Positions 18,572 through 27,684 of a stretch of 64,000 nt of DNA are shown here, piece by piece. The stretch comes from a virus: the IMG/VR virus record IMGVR_UViG_3300022602_000076, positions 7,721-71,720 of that record. One strand, 5' to 3'. Every line of letters begins with the position of its first letter. Position 1 is the stretch's first letter. A program made the translations under genes and the position numbers. The notes beneath the pieces are model-generated. The model searched no databases and was not told the origin of the DNA. It was given only the letters and a program-made list of their open reading frames with translations.

Positions 18572-18716
18572 TTTTGACAGGCTTGGCTTCTTCTTTCTTG
18601 GCCGGTGCTGTCACTGTAGGAGTTGCAGCTGGTGCTGGTGTAGCGGCTTTGGGAGCATCTGCGGCAAAAGCTGATACTGCAAACAATGTTACAAGAGTTG
18701 CGATAAATGATTTCAT
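18531..18716 (-). CDS. Small exported Ala/Pro/Lys-rich protein
   Basis: Signal peptide ending AFA; AAGGA RBS. Confidence 0.75.
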   Translation of the reverse strand: MKSFIATLVTLFAVSAFAADAPKAATPAPAATPTVTAPAKKEEAKPVKSEKKVEAKAPAAK

Positions 18717-18797
18717 GATAAGTTTCCTTTAGGTTAGTAGCAGAATCTCTCCTGCTGTATATACAACGCCTAGGCAATACAGTTAGTTGACACAGTT

Positions 18798-19940
18798 TTA
18801 CTTTTTGGTAAAAATATAAATGCCTTCACTCTTGGTAGAATTTTCGGCACGATTATTGCCTACTCCGGGTCTAGTGGTCAATAACATTTTAACTGTTTCG
18901 GTGTGTCTGAAACCACATTTTTCGCTGATTTCAATCCAGCGATCCACTATGCTGTATGATTCCTTGCCTTGTTTATAATCTGCAATGTTGACGGCATAAA
19001 TGCCATCCCGTATCAGACCACGATGCACCATGCTCAAGGTTGGTTCCACATACTGTTCGAACCAAGCATCCAGATTGGAAAACTTGTTGTAGCATTGTGT
19101 GGGCTCATCGTTGTAGCGTTCGCAGTTGAAGTAGGGCGGACTAGAGAATGCCGCATCATACATTTCAACTCCGGGCATAAAATCTTCACTGCCTGTACAG
19201 TATACTTCAGATTCTGTGCCAACCACATCCGAGATCAACGCACCTAGTGCCTCAAGCCCTGCATAGGTCTTGGTGTTGGGATCAATGCCGTGATAAGTGT
19301 AGCGCATGCGACTGGTCATTGCACCCAACATACGACCGCCAAAGCCAGCTGAGAAATCCAAGACTTGACCTCGCCAGGTAGGGCAGATATACTCCCATAT
19401 GGCTCTGGCATTCATGGGTTTAAAATTGGTAATAGTGCCACCGTTGACCAATTCCAGGGCAGTTCTCAAGGCTGCCGGAAACACTGCCTGATCACCATTG
19501 TCTCTAAACTGATAGCAGATACGAATGGCTCGTTTTAACTTATTATCGTGATTGAATCTGCTTTTTAGCCCCACAGTATCATTGTCTCCCCAGGCAGCTT
19601 CCTGCATACCAGGAAACCAAAATCTACTAAATGCAGAACCAGCACTGCCGCCAATGGCCAGTGTGTTGTTTTTTACTACTTTGACTGCATCAGAGACTTC
19701 TCGGATCTGTTGTCTACATCCTTCTAGGCTATAGTAGGTAATAGGAACAATGCCTATGCCGCGATAAATTTGAAATGCAGCTTCTTGTATGGCTTCTCGA
19801 CCAGCATCATCCGTAGCAGTCCATGCCTGTTTGCTCAACGCCCGTAGTTGATCATACACTGGCTCGTAACCAGTGTAAATGTCAGAGGTAGGTGTTACTC
19901 CCCACTCTGCACATATTTTGTTATAGTAAGTTTCAATCAT
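18798..19940 (-). CDS. Amino-type (m6A/m4C) DNA methyltransferase
   Basis: VLDFSAGFGGR SAM-binding motif followed by FSSPPYF catalytic motif. Confidence 0.85.
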   Translation of the reverse strand: MIETYYNKICAEWGVTPTSDIYTGYEPVYDQLRALSKQAWTATDDAGREAIQEAAFQIYRGIGIVPITYYSLEGCRQQIREVSDAVKVVKNNTLAIGGSAGSAFSRFWFPGMQEAAWGDNDTVGLKSRFNHDNKLKRAIRICYQFRDNGDQAVFPAALRTALELVNGGTITNFKPMNARAIWEYICPTWRGQVLDFSAGFGGRMLGAMTSRMRYTYHGIDPNTKTYAGLEALGALISDVVGTESEVYCTGSEDFMPGVEMYDAAFSSPPYFNCERYNDEPTQCYNKFSNLDAWFEQYVEPTLSMVHRGLIRDGIYAVNIADYKQGKESYSIVDRWIEISEKCGFRHTETVKMLLTTRPGVGNNRAENSTKSEGIYIFTKK

Positions 19941-20509
19941 GCCTGTATTACTTCGCACTCATTGATCACAAAGCGTTTGGTCACAGTGAGATTTTTTGCC
20001 AGTACAGATTCAGGAATTCCAATTACATCACGCTTCATGTATTTTTTATCAATGGCACAACGATCTTCCCACAACTTGCGTTCGTTCATTAGATAATCCT
20101 GAACCAATGTGACATTGGCAACTTTGCCGATATCGTACAATCTAACTGGAGCCAAAGTAGATTTGTCACGACTGACCAAAATGTATCTGGGATATATCAA
20201 ATCGCCCATAGCATGAAACTGATACATGGCATCTGGATATGTGCCCAATCGTTTGCGTTTTTCTACCCGGCTGCATTTCTGCTCAATTTTGACATTGTTG
20301 GACATTGCATCTTCGCCATTTCTAGCAAAGTTGATATTGTAATCTGCATCGTACTGACTGACAATTTCATAAACAGACAAAGAGCTTAATGTATCTGTAT
20401 CCAACACATCAATTTTATGTTTTCTATATATTGCTTCGCGTTCAGTAAAAATACGCTTGCGGTATTCGTCGAGTTCTTTTAATACTTCGGGTGTTAGATA
20501 TTTTGCCAT
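19937..20509 (-). CDS. Hypothetical protein, possible PD-(D/E)xK nuclease
   Basis: GEDAMSNNVKIEQK; ATGA-coupled to the methyltransferase. Confidence 0.5.
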   Translation of the reverse strand: MAKYLTPEVLKELDEYRKRIFTEREAIYRKHKIDVLDTDTLSSLSVYEIVSQYDADYNINFARNGEDAMSNNVKIEQKCSRVEKRKRLGTYPDAMYQFHAMGDLIYPRYILVSRDKSTLAPVRLYDIGKVANVTLVQDYLMNERKLWEDRCAIDKKYMKRDVIGIPESVLAKNLTVTKRFVINECEVIQA

Positions 20510-20513
20510 GATG

Positions 20514-21065
20514 TTATATGCCAAATAATTTGAAGTGATCTTCTAGTGTGAAGTTGTTAGGATCAGATATTTCCTGTCCGTTGTAGGTTTTAAATTGTGA
20601 ATTTAAAACACCGTAGCGTCTGAAGAAATACCATGCATCCGGCGAACTTGATCCGTGCCCACTTTCTCTCAGCACAATATCATCTTCTTTCTTGATCAAA
20701 CAAGTTGGTGTATTAAGAGCTTGCCGGATAGTTAATCTATTTTCAATCAACATAGCAACAATAGTGTTAACTGGCATAACATGTTCAAAGATACAGTTCT
20801 TTTCATCAACTCCAATTTGTCTGTAATGTCCGCCAATTTTACCTTCAATGGCGTATCCATGATATCTGCGAATGTGATGTTCCATGGCATCACGAATCAG
20901 CCTGGCTTCTTGATCCTCATCAGACTTGACTAGGTACATGTTCAACAATCTTTCCAACTCATTGGTAGTAAAATTGTCAGTTTGTTGATAACTATGGTCA
21001 TTGCGTTGAACTCGTTTATAGGCTTTTTTAGCAAAAGTTTTGACAAGTATTTTTAAACTAGACAT
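20514..21065 (-). CDS. Hypothetical protein with EHxxP motif
   Basis: CIFEHVMP resembles the His-Me/HNH-like EHIxP motif. Confidence 0.55.
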   Translation of the reverse strand: MSSLKILVKTFAKKAYKRVQRNDHSYQQTDNFTTNELERLLNMYLVKSDEDQEARLIRDAMEHHIRRYHGYAIEGKIGGHYRQIGVDEKNCIFEHVMPVNTIVAMLIENRLTIRQALNTPTCLIKKEDDIVLRESGHGSSSPDAWYFFRRYGVLNSQFKTYNGQEISDPNNFTLEDHFKLFGI

Positions 21066-21067
21066 TG

Positions 21068-21403
21068 TTATACAATCACTCGTTCTTTTTGGGATTCTGC
21101 ATTGCTGTAAAAACATTCACCATTTTTACGAATATGATTTACCATATATTGAGGATCGTTGGCAAATGCGTCAACTAGATCTTCTTTGGTTATTTCTCTG
21201 TCAACTGAGAAAAAATAAATTTCATAGTTACGCTGAGGATTTGTTTGTGCTCGCAACCTAAGATGAAATGGATTGGCCAGTGCATGTCTTGGAGATTCTT
21301 TGCCTTGCAGTTTTTCCCACATCACTCGCTGTTCATCTGCAGTGACATCGTCGATGTACTCGAGACCATTGCAGTCCCACATGGCTATAAATGTATGACT
21401 CAT
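21068..21403 (-). CDS. Hypothetical protein
   Basis: 111-aa ORF, GAGG RBS. Confidence 0.7.
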   Translation of the reverse strand: MSHTFIAMWDCNGLEYIDDVTADEQRVMWEKLQGKESPRHALANPFHLRLRAQTNPQRNYEIYFFSVDREITKEDLVDAFANDPQYMVNHIRKNGECFYSNAESQKERVIV

Positions 21404-21618
21404 TTTTTACCTCGATTGAATTCTGCAGTCAAATAATACTTTGTGAGCTTGGCAGCAATCATTCCAGGCAAGTCGTAGTATGGACTTTCGAGCAAGAAGT
21501 TAACATTGATCTGGCCCCATGTGCCTGTTTTATAAAATGTGCTCACTGCTTGGCGATGTTCTTTGTTGGTTGGATCAAAAATAACAGTAGGTCTATGAAT
21601 AAGATTTAAACAGCTCAT
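21400..21618 (-). CDS. Hypothetical protein
   Basis: 72-aa ORF downstream of a promoter. Confidence 0.65.
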   Translation of the reverse strand: MSCLNLIHRPTVIFDPTNKEHRQAVSTFYKTGTWGQINVNFLLESPYYDLPGMIAAKLTKYYLTAEFNRGKK

Positions 21619-21647
21619 AAGAATTCCAAAGTTTAATTTATAAAATT

Positions 21648-21676
21648 ATTTTAACACAAAACTCAATCAAAGTCAA
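21648..21676 (-). promoter_or_regulatory. sigma70-type promoter
   Basis: TTGACT-N17-TAAAAT. Confidence 0.7.
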
Positions 21677-21909
21677 GCCCAACGCATTACAAATGCCAAA
21701 TAGTCTTTTTCAGAATCAAAATAAAAGATATATCGTCCGGGATTTCGGTCCGAACTGGTTTCAATCAATTGCCAGCGCCAATCGGCGGTCATTCCGGATT
21801 TGCACCAATCTAATACATGTTCGATCACACCAAATGGTTTGGATATTTCGTGAGCATAAGTAAAACTCACTGCATCTCGCAAATACTCAAGTGGTGGATC
21901 TAGGAGCAT
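21673..21909 (-). CDS. Hypothetical protein
   Basis: C-terminal FYFDSEKDYLAFVMRW motif of a common large-phage small protein type. Confidence 0.7.
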   Translation of the reverse strand: MLLDPPLEYLRDAVSFTYAHEISKPFGVIEHVLDWCKSGMTADWRWQLIETSSDRNPGRYIFYFDSEKDYLAFVMRWA

Positions 21910-22355
21910 TTATACCCTTCCAGTGCCGTTTCCAGCAACGGCATAGGTAGTTGCCACTGCCAGTAACTTTCAACTATGTCATCAACATACCATGGATGTG
22001 GTTTACCAACACGGGGATCAGTCATTTCATAAAAGAAAAATTTCTTGCCATCTTGGTACCATTCTTGCTTGACATAGTACACCGGGTGACCTTCAAATCG
22101 ATCCAGACTGTATTCACATAGATTGGTAATCTTCCAAAGTACCCCGGCCACTTCTGCACCTTTGTTATACTCAATGTTTGCATGAGTATAAAATTTCAAT
22201 TGCCAGTCTTTTAAAACAAAAGGACCAATAGGCACTGCATCAGGACAACGATACTTCATGTTGTCTTCGTGCATGTTGGCACCATAAGCAAAATACAGCT
22301 TAGTAGATGTAGGTTTTTTGTATGTAAGCATCTGCTCTTTGATAATCATTGTCAT
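21900..22355 (-). CDS. Gamma-glutamylcyclotransferase (AIG2-like)
   Basis: LYFAYGANM...VAGVLW...LDRFEG. Confidence 0.85.
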   Translation of the reverse strand: MTMIIKEQMLTYKKPTSTKLYFAYGANMHEDNMKYRCPDAVPIGPFVLKDWQLKFYTHANIEYNKGAEVAGVLWKITNLCEYSLDRFEGHPVYYVKQEWYQDGKKFFFYEMTDPRVGKPHPWYVDDIVESYWQWQLPMPLLETALEGYKCS

Positions 22356-22557
22356 AAAATAAAATGCTGTCGGTTATTCCAAAGTGATTGCAAAAACTTT
22401 GAGAATATCGTTGGCCATATAGTGCGTCCCAGGTGAATTCTTTTTTCCACTGCTCATATTCAGCTCTAGACACTTTTTGATAACTTGTTTCTTTGCTATT
22501 CATCAATTGAGCTAGGTGCGAAGCAAACACCTGAGCACTTCGTTGTTGTTCAGTCAT
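22300..22557 (-). CDS. Hypothetical protein
   Basis: Start MTEQQ coupled to upstream stop. Confidence 0.6.
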   Translation of the reverse strand: MTEQQRSAQVFASHLAQLMNSKETSYQKVSRAEYEQWKKEFTWDALYGQRYSQSFCNHFGITDSILFYDNDYQRADAYIQKTYIY

Positions 22558-23020
22558 TGTGTATTTCCATCCATGTGTGATCGCCCATGTACTGTACCTG
22601 ACATACATAGTCATAGTTCACTGGTTTGCCAGTGTTCCAATCTTCAGGGCCGTGTTGGGTCAATATCATTTTTTGCTTTCGTGTGTCCATTGCTAACCAA
22701 TAACATTGTCCCATGACAATTTGAAATTCATATTCGGCTGCATATACCATATCAGTGACATCTAGCCTGCGTTTGATATCTTCTGCTTGTCGTTGTAACA
22801 CTGAGACCAATTCCATGATTCTATCATATTCTTGCTGAGCATAGATCCTGGCATGATTGATCATTATGTCTTTTTGTTTGGCCACAGGAACCAGGTCAAA
22901 CTTGGCACCACCAGCTTCGGTGGCATAGGGCATGACATTGCGATTGAAAAAGCTCACCAGGGTGTTGCCTGTGGCAATGTCAAAACTGTCGCGACCTTTG
23001 GCTGAGTTATTTTCTTCCAT
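22550..23020 (-). CDS. DUF2452-like protein
   Basis: Coiled coil followed by IVMGQCYWL...GPEDW...YMGDHTW. Confidence 0.6.
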   Translation of the reverse strand: MEENNSAKGRDSFDIATGNTLVSFFNRNVMPYATEAGGAKFDLVPVAKQKDIMINHARIYAQQEYDRIMELVSVLQRQAEDIKRRLDVTDMVYAAEYEFQIVMGQCYWLAMDTRKQKMILTQHGPEDWNTGKPVNYDYVCQVQYMGDHTWMEIHND

Positions 23021-23694
23021 TAATCCCAGAGGTTTTGATAATACTTGCCAAACAATACAAAACCATTTTGAATGCGTTTTTGAACTTTTTCCATGCCTTC
23101 GTAGTCACATGTATAAGTGTGCTCAGGGCCATCTACTAGTTTGTACATGGTTGCTTTACCGTTTTCATCCCAGGCACAGGCCACACTTCGATGGTCGGCC
23201 ACTCCTGAACTAAATGCATCCTGCCAAGAGTCATCTACTTTACATTCAAATGCAAAGATCATTTCCGCCAACACCCAGTCCCAACGCAGGAAGTGGTTGG
23301 CATCTGTGTCCCACTCGTTTTCTTTTGGTGGTGCTGATGTACTACGCAATTCTTCTGGTACATCCTCATCATCCACATAGGGAGCACCGTGTTTGCTGTC
23401 TTTCAATTGTCGCAACATGGGCAGTATGATATCGGCCAAGGTATGATCCATGCTCCAGGTATCGTAACGGTCAATTCGCACATAATTGACTCGAGGATGT
23501 ACAAAATCTAAGAATGTCTGCCAAGCAACGCAAAAGGGTGATAAACGGTCGACCCACTTATCGTATTTGTGCCCGGGTTTATCTTCGTGATTGTAAAAAA
23601 CGCTATCATCTTTCTCCCAAAAGCAAACTGCTTTTAAGATAGTGTAGGGGCTAACCCAATGATTTCTGTAACCTGATTTGTAAATTTTCATCAA
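23020..23694 (-). CDS. Hypothetical phage protein
   Basis: IDRYDTWSMDHTLADIILPML...FGKYYQNLWD pattern seen in large myoviruses. Confidence 0.75.
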   Translation of the reverse strand: MMKIYKSGYRNHWVSPYTILKAVCFWEKDDSVFYNHEDKPGHKYDKWVDRLSPFCVAWQTFLDFVHPRVNYVRIDRYDTWSMDHTLADIILPMLRQLKDSKHGAPYVDDEDVPEELRSTSAPPKENEWDTDANHFLRWDWVLAEMIFAFECKVDDSWQDAFSSGVADHRSVACAWDENGKATMYKLVDGPEHTYTCDYEGMEKVQKRIQNGFVLFGKYYQNLWD

Positions 23695-23960
23695 TCACTC
23701 CATTTTAAAATAATCCAAAAATACTTGGGGTCATTTTCATCTATGTCAAACCAAAGTTGACGATCTCGTTTTTCTGCAGTGATTCCTTTGTGATTGAAAA
23801 AATCCACTGCAAAATCAATCAGTTTATCTCGGTGTTCGGGATTTGTTATCGTTTCTTTTAGAGAATTGGCAAGATTGGCCCTGGTATGAAATTCTTCCAA
23901 GTAGGTTTCTATAATATAGTTATTGAACCAACTTGGGCAGTCTTTGTAACTGAATTGCAT
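23691..23960 (-). CDS. Hypothetical protein
   Basis: 89-aa ORF; AGGAGG RBS. Confidence 0.65.
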   Translation of the reverse strand: MQFSYKDCPSWFNNYIIETYLEEFHTRANLANSLKETITNPEHRDKLIDFAVDFFNHKGITAEKRDRQLWFDIDENDPKYFWIILKWSD

Positions 23961-24769
23961 TATTGACCTCCTGGAAGATCAATATACATAAGCTGGAAGC
24001 GGTTGGCCCTTGCTTCATAGCCGTAATAGCCTCTTGGGTTGCACACAACTCTTGTAGTGCCAATTGTGTAGTCAAAGTCGTCATGCATGTGCCCATGGGT
24101 CCAAAGCACAATCTCAGGATAGTCTAAGATAAGTTCGCTGAGGTCGGATGCAAAACATCCGTTCATGATTGTGTCACGCTGGTATTGTTCGGCGATGCTT
24201 TGAAAACTTGGAGCATGATGTCCGACTACCACAACATTGTGAGCATGATTGTTGTTGACCCTACGAGTATCCAACACCAACTTTATGTAGTTGACCATGT
24301 CGTTGTGCTCTTTTAAAGAGTGTATGGGCAAAAACTTCCAACTGTTGTGATCATTGGTATTTTTAACGCCGCGGTAATCATTCATCATTGTTTCAGCAGC
24401 ATGCAAGGTAACAGGATCACGCCTGTTGAAATCTGTCCATAATGTACCGCCGATGAATGTAAAGTTGCCAATCTGTAGTGTACTGCAATCTAATAAATGT
24501 ATGTTGCGGATATTCAAAGAATTCAGCATATTCAAGATGAGTTCACCACTCTGGGCATAGTCGCCATTGTAGTGTTCATGGTTGCCCATGATATAAATGG
24601 TTTCTGGAAATTCCCAACTCACACGCTGAAAAAAGTCTTTGACCTCCGGTGTGAGCCTTTTTGCCACACAAATATCTCCGCCAAGGATCAACACATCTGC
24701 TGACTGATCATTTTTGAAGAAGATGTCACCAAATTCAAGATGTAGATCCGAGGTTACTGCTATTTTCAT
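23960..24769 (-). CDS. Calcineurin-like metallophosphoesterase
   Basis: SDLH, GGD, GNHE, HHAP, HGHMH, NPRGY. Confidence 0.9.
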   Translation of the reverse strand: MKIAVTSDLHLEFGDIFFKNDQSADVLILGGDICVAKRLTPEVKDFFQRVSWEFPETIYIMGNHEHYNGDYAQSGELILNMLNSLNIRNIHLLDCSTLQIGNFTFIGGTLWTDFNRRDPVTLHAAETMMNDYRGVKNTNDHNSWKFLPIHSLKEHNDMVNYIKLVLDTRRVNNNHAHNVVVVGHHAPSFQSIAEQYQRDTIMNGCFASDLSELILDYPEIVLWTHGHMHDDFDYTIGTTRVVCNPRGYYGYEARANRFQLMYIDLPGGQ

Positions 24770-25094
24770 TTTTTATTTGATTTAATTGTTCTGCTAGTGT
24801 CGTTAGCACTGACTCTTCGCCTGCAGACAAGTATGCGTCGGCACCAGGAAATCTTGCTCTAAACGAATCTCTAATTTCTTCAAGATTGCGTCCTTGACAC
24901 AAAAACTGATTGGTTTCATTATTGTAGCAGTAATACATATCTTTGTCAACCTCTACCCGCATGCCAATTTCTTGTTTTTCGGTTTGCTCAGCTAACTCTG
25001 CTTCTCGTAGAGTTTTTCTTATTGTTTGAAAAACAAACATGCCAGAAAACAATATTCCAGCAACAAAACCAATGATCAAATCAAAAAAATTCAT
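24735..25094 (-). CDS. Membrane-anchored hypothetical protein
   Basis: N-terminal TM helix; AAGGA RBS. Confidence 0.7.
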   Translation of the reverse strand: MNFFDLIIGFVAGILFSGMFVFQTIRKTLREAELAEQTEKQEIGMRVEVDKDMYYCYNNETNQFLCQGRNLEEIRDSFRARFPGADAYLSAGEESVLTTLAEQLNQIKNENSSNLGSTS

Positions 25095-25172
25095 TTTGTT
25101 CCTTTGTTAAATTTTTCTTACCCATGTGCGGCTCCATGGATTATTGTGTATATAGTCCGTTATGTAGTGGCA

Positions 25173-25547
25173 TCATGTTCGGCACAGTTCCAATAAGGTG
25201 CAGTAATGTTGATAGGCTTTTTCCACAGCAGGATTGTTTAGTCTAACTACGCGATCCCGTTCATATCTAGCCATTAATTTCTTATCGGTTTCATGTTTAT
25301 CTATTTCAGATTCTGCGTATTTGATATAATTGATAATAGTTTCTAATCTATCTTTAGGCATGAGTATGTCCACACAAGGCACTTCTTCTGAGTGTGCTTG
25401 TTGATATAACATTTCGTCAGATATAGTGACATTCCAGGCGTTTATCTGCGGCAACGGCGGTCGTATTAGTCTACGCAATGTGCGATTGCTAAGTCTAACC
25501 TGCATTTCCATTTGATTGTAAAAGTGTTGATTAGGATCGCTCATCAT
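25173..25547 (-). CDS. Hypothetical protein
   Basis: 124-aa ORF, ATGA-coupled. Confidence 0.7.
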   Translation of the reverse strand: MMSDPNQHFYNQMEMQVRLSNRTLRRLIRPPLPQINAWNVTISDEMLYQQAHSEEVPCVDILMPKDRLETIINYIKYAESEIDKHETDKKLMARYERDRVVRLNNPAVEKAYQHYCTLLELCRT

Positions 25548-25777
25548 TCAATTCCGAAATGTGCTCGAATATATTTGCTCACATAAGAATCCATGTCTGC
25601 TCTTTCTACTTCATCAGCAATCGCACAACATTCTCTTACAATCAACTCGGCGAACTTTGCGTAATGCATTTCTAAATGTTCTGAATACATTACCACATGG
25701 TCTCGTTCTACCGTTTCAAGGTCATGTTTCACAAAAGCCCATGCTTCTTGTCTAATTTGTCGAATTCGTTCGTTCAT
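25544..25777 (-). CDS. MNERI/FAELIVREC/HFG paralog family, copy 1
   Basis: MNERIRQ...KFAELIVREC...IRAHFGIE. Confidence 0.8.
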   Translation of the reverse strand: MNERIRQIRQEAWAFVKHDLETVERDHVVMYSEHLEMHYAKFAELIVRECCAIADEVERADMDSYVSKYIRAHFGIE

Positions 25778-25788
25778 TCTTTTAATCC

Positions 25789-26007
25789 TTACATATAATA
25801 AGGTTTGGGACTACGATACACTTCAACAGTATCTAACATATTCTTTGCTTGGGTTATAGCAAGTTCTTTTGCTCTTTCATCAGGAAGATGCTCAGACACT
25901 TTATAACATTCCGCAAATTTCCAAAATAGAAAATTCTTATATTGTACATTATATTCTTTCAAGTGTGCGTCATACACAACTCGTGTTTGTAAAAATAGGT
26001 TTTTCAT
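25789..26007 (-). CDS. Hypothetical protein within the paralog array
   Basis: 72-aa ORF coupled to copy 2 stop. Confidence 0.6.
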   Translation of the reverse strand: MKNLFLQTRVVYDAHLKEYNVQYKNFLFWKFAECYKVSEHLPDERAKELAITQAKNMLDTVEVYRSPKPYYM

Positions 26008-26198
26008 TGTTCAACTCCGAAATGTTCTCTAATATCATCACCCATAGTCCCGCCACCATCTTTCCGTTCACGCAAGATGTTATCTACTCGGCCGGCACAT
26101 TCCCGGATCAGCAACTCGGCCAACTGTTGAGCACGCTGAGCCAACTCCGGAGCCGCATAGCCTGCTGCCAACATCAATTTTCTTAGGTTTTCATTCAT
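26004..26198 (-). CDS. MNERI/FAELIVREC/HFG paralog family, copy 2
   Basis: MNENLRKL...LAELLIREC...IREHFGVEQ. Confidence 0.8.
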   Translation of the reverse strand: MNENLRKLMLAAGYAAPELAQRAQQLAELLIRECAGRVDNILRERKDGGGTMGDDIREHFGVEQ

Positions 26199-26449
26199 TC
26201 CGCAACTCCGAAATGTTTCTTTATATGAGTTACTGCTTCCAAAATACCATCATTGAATCCAAGTTTATTTCGTACAGCAACATCGTCAGCAAGACCTGCT
26301 CCACGAGCACAATCAATACATTCCTGAACAATCAACTTGGCGAACTTTTCCTTTAGTATTGATAACTGAGAATGGGTCAGTGTAGTCCAAGTTTCTGGTA
26401 TAGTTTGATCCATAGCCTGTCCAAACAGTTTATTGATTCGTTCGTTCAT
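26195..26449 (-). CDS. MNERI/FAELIVREC/HFG paralog family, copy 3
   Basis: MNERINKL...KFAKLIVQEC...IKKHFGVAE. Confidence 0.8.
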   Translation of the reverse strand: MNERINKLFGQAMDQTIPETWTTLTHSQLSILKEKFAKLIVQECIDCARGAGLADDVAVRNKLGFNDGILEAVTHIKKHFGVAE

Positions 26450-26562
26450 CTTCCATCCTTAGCATCATTGTATCCGATTAAATAACCCATCACTAACGCA
26501 AACATCATACCCGCAATGGCAATGGCTGTGCCAATCATTGGTCCCAAATTAAATTCATTCAT
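26446..26562 (-). CDS. Small membrane protein
   Basis: MNEFNLGPMIGTAIAIAG...; one TM helix. Confidence 0.55.
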   Translation of the reverse strand: MNEFNLGPMIGTAIAIAGMMFALVMGYLIGYNDAKDGR

Positions 26563-26731
26563 GCCGGTCCTTTTCCCAAGGGGTAAATTCGTATCTGTAA
26601 ACGGGTAACAGGCCAAACAACCATGTACCAACCTTTACTTGTTTTAATTCTCTATGCTCAACTTCGGGCCGGTATTGGTCTGGGGTATTTCTAATTCTCG
26701 TGAAGTCATCTTGGAAATTTGTTAGGTTCAT
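26555..26731 (-). CDS. Small hypothetical protein, 58 aa (not in ORF track)
   Basis: MNLTNFQDDF...; ATGA-coupled to copy 4 stop. Confidence 0.55.
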   Translation of the reverse strand: MNLTNFQDDFTRIRNTPDQYRPEVEHRELKQVKVGTWLFGLLPVYRYEFTPWEKDRHE

Positions 26732-26976
26732 TCTTCAACTCCGAAATGTTCTCTAATTCCACTAATCATCTTTTCACAAGCACGGTCATACCCAATAACA
26801 TAATGTGTATCAGTTGCTGGTTCCCCTCTAACCTCAAAGGCAATGTCTAAACAGTCTCTCACAATCAACTCGGCAAACTTTTGATTGTAAGCTTCAATCC
26901 ATTCATTCACAGTGAGTCTCCCGACAGGAATGTTGAGTTTTGCTTGATTAGCAAGTTCTTGAATTTTATTGCTCAT
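26728..26976 (-). CDS. MNERI/FAELIVREC/HFG paralog family, copy 4
   Basis: MSNKIQELANQA...KFAELIVRDC...IREHFGVEE. Confidence 0.8.
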   Translation of the reverse strand: MSNKIQELANQAKLNIPVGRLTVNEWIEAYNQKFAELIVRDCLDIAFEVRGEPATDTHYVIGYDRACEKMISGIREHFGVEE

Positions 26977-27137
26977 ATTGTATTTTCCAACAAACGATTG
27001 ACATACAACAGTACTTCAGCTAGATTCCAGGAAAATATTAAGCCATCAAAAATATAAGTCCAACGACGCCCTGTGTAATCCCAGGTCACTAACCAGTACC
27101 AAGTCAACAAAAATGCAACGACATTTAGATAGATCAT
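26973..27137 (-). CDS. Small membrane protein, 54 aa (not in ORF track)
   Basis: MIYLNVVAFLLTWYWLV...; ATGA overlaps at both ends. Confidence 0.6.
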   Translation of the reverse strand: MIYLNVVAFLLTWYWLVTWDYTGRRWTYIFDGLIFSWNLAEVLLYVNRLLENTI

Positions 27138-27595
27138 TGTGATGCTTTCACTGCTCGTTGTGACAAATAAGCTTCGTTTTCAACCCAACCTTTGGTGGTT
27201 AAAAATCCCCACTCGCGTTGTTTTGGACCTGGCATAAACAAGGTCCAAGTTTCCACATCAGGGTCTAATTCTATACGATGATAACCAGTAGCAGGAGAAT
27301 ACCTAAAATGACCAGGCCCTCGCCAATGCCCAACTTCTCCACACTTTCTTCCTGTTTCATCGAACTGAGGAATCCACTCATAATAACCACCTTTTAAAAT
27401 CAGTGTGCAGTAGGGCCAAGGATGGTCATGCACATCATCTGGGTCGCCCTTGAGGAACCTGTGCAAAAACACATTGAACGGAAATCGTTCGCGATCTTTT
27501 AAGAATAGATAGTAGCGTTCCAGATAGGGTTCATTATTTACCCTGTCCATTATAACCCTATATCTGCCCAGTTTGGTAAAGAGATTTTTTATCAT
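27134..27595 (-). CDS. Cupin-like phage protein (leaderless start)
   Basis: LHRF...HDHPW...GGYYE...HRIEL...WGF. Confidence 0.75.
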   Translation of the reverse strand: MIKNLFTKLGRYRVIMDRVNNEPYLERYYLFLKDRERFPFNVFLHRFLKGDPDDVHDHPWPYCTLILKGGYYEWIPQFDETGRKCGEVGHWRGPGHFRYSPATGYHRIELDPDVETWTLFMPGPKQREWGFLTTKGWVENEAYLSQRAVKASQ

Positions 27596-27601
27596 GTGTT
27601 T

Positions 27602-27630
27602 ATTATAGCAAATCCAGGATTTTTGGTCAA
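27602..27630 (-). promoter_or_regulatory. sigma70-type early promoter
   Basis: TTGACCAAAAATCCTGGATTTGCTATAAT. Confidence 0.85.
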
Positions 27631-27631
27631 G

Positions 27632-27659
27632 AAAAAACCCTACAAACTGTAGGGTTTTT
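27632..27659. terminator. Intrinsic terminator
   Basis: AAAAAACCCTACA-AAC-TGTAGGGTTTTT. Confidence 0.85.
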
Positions 27660-27684
27660 GCAACATCTTAGTCTAAGCTAAGAA

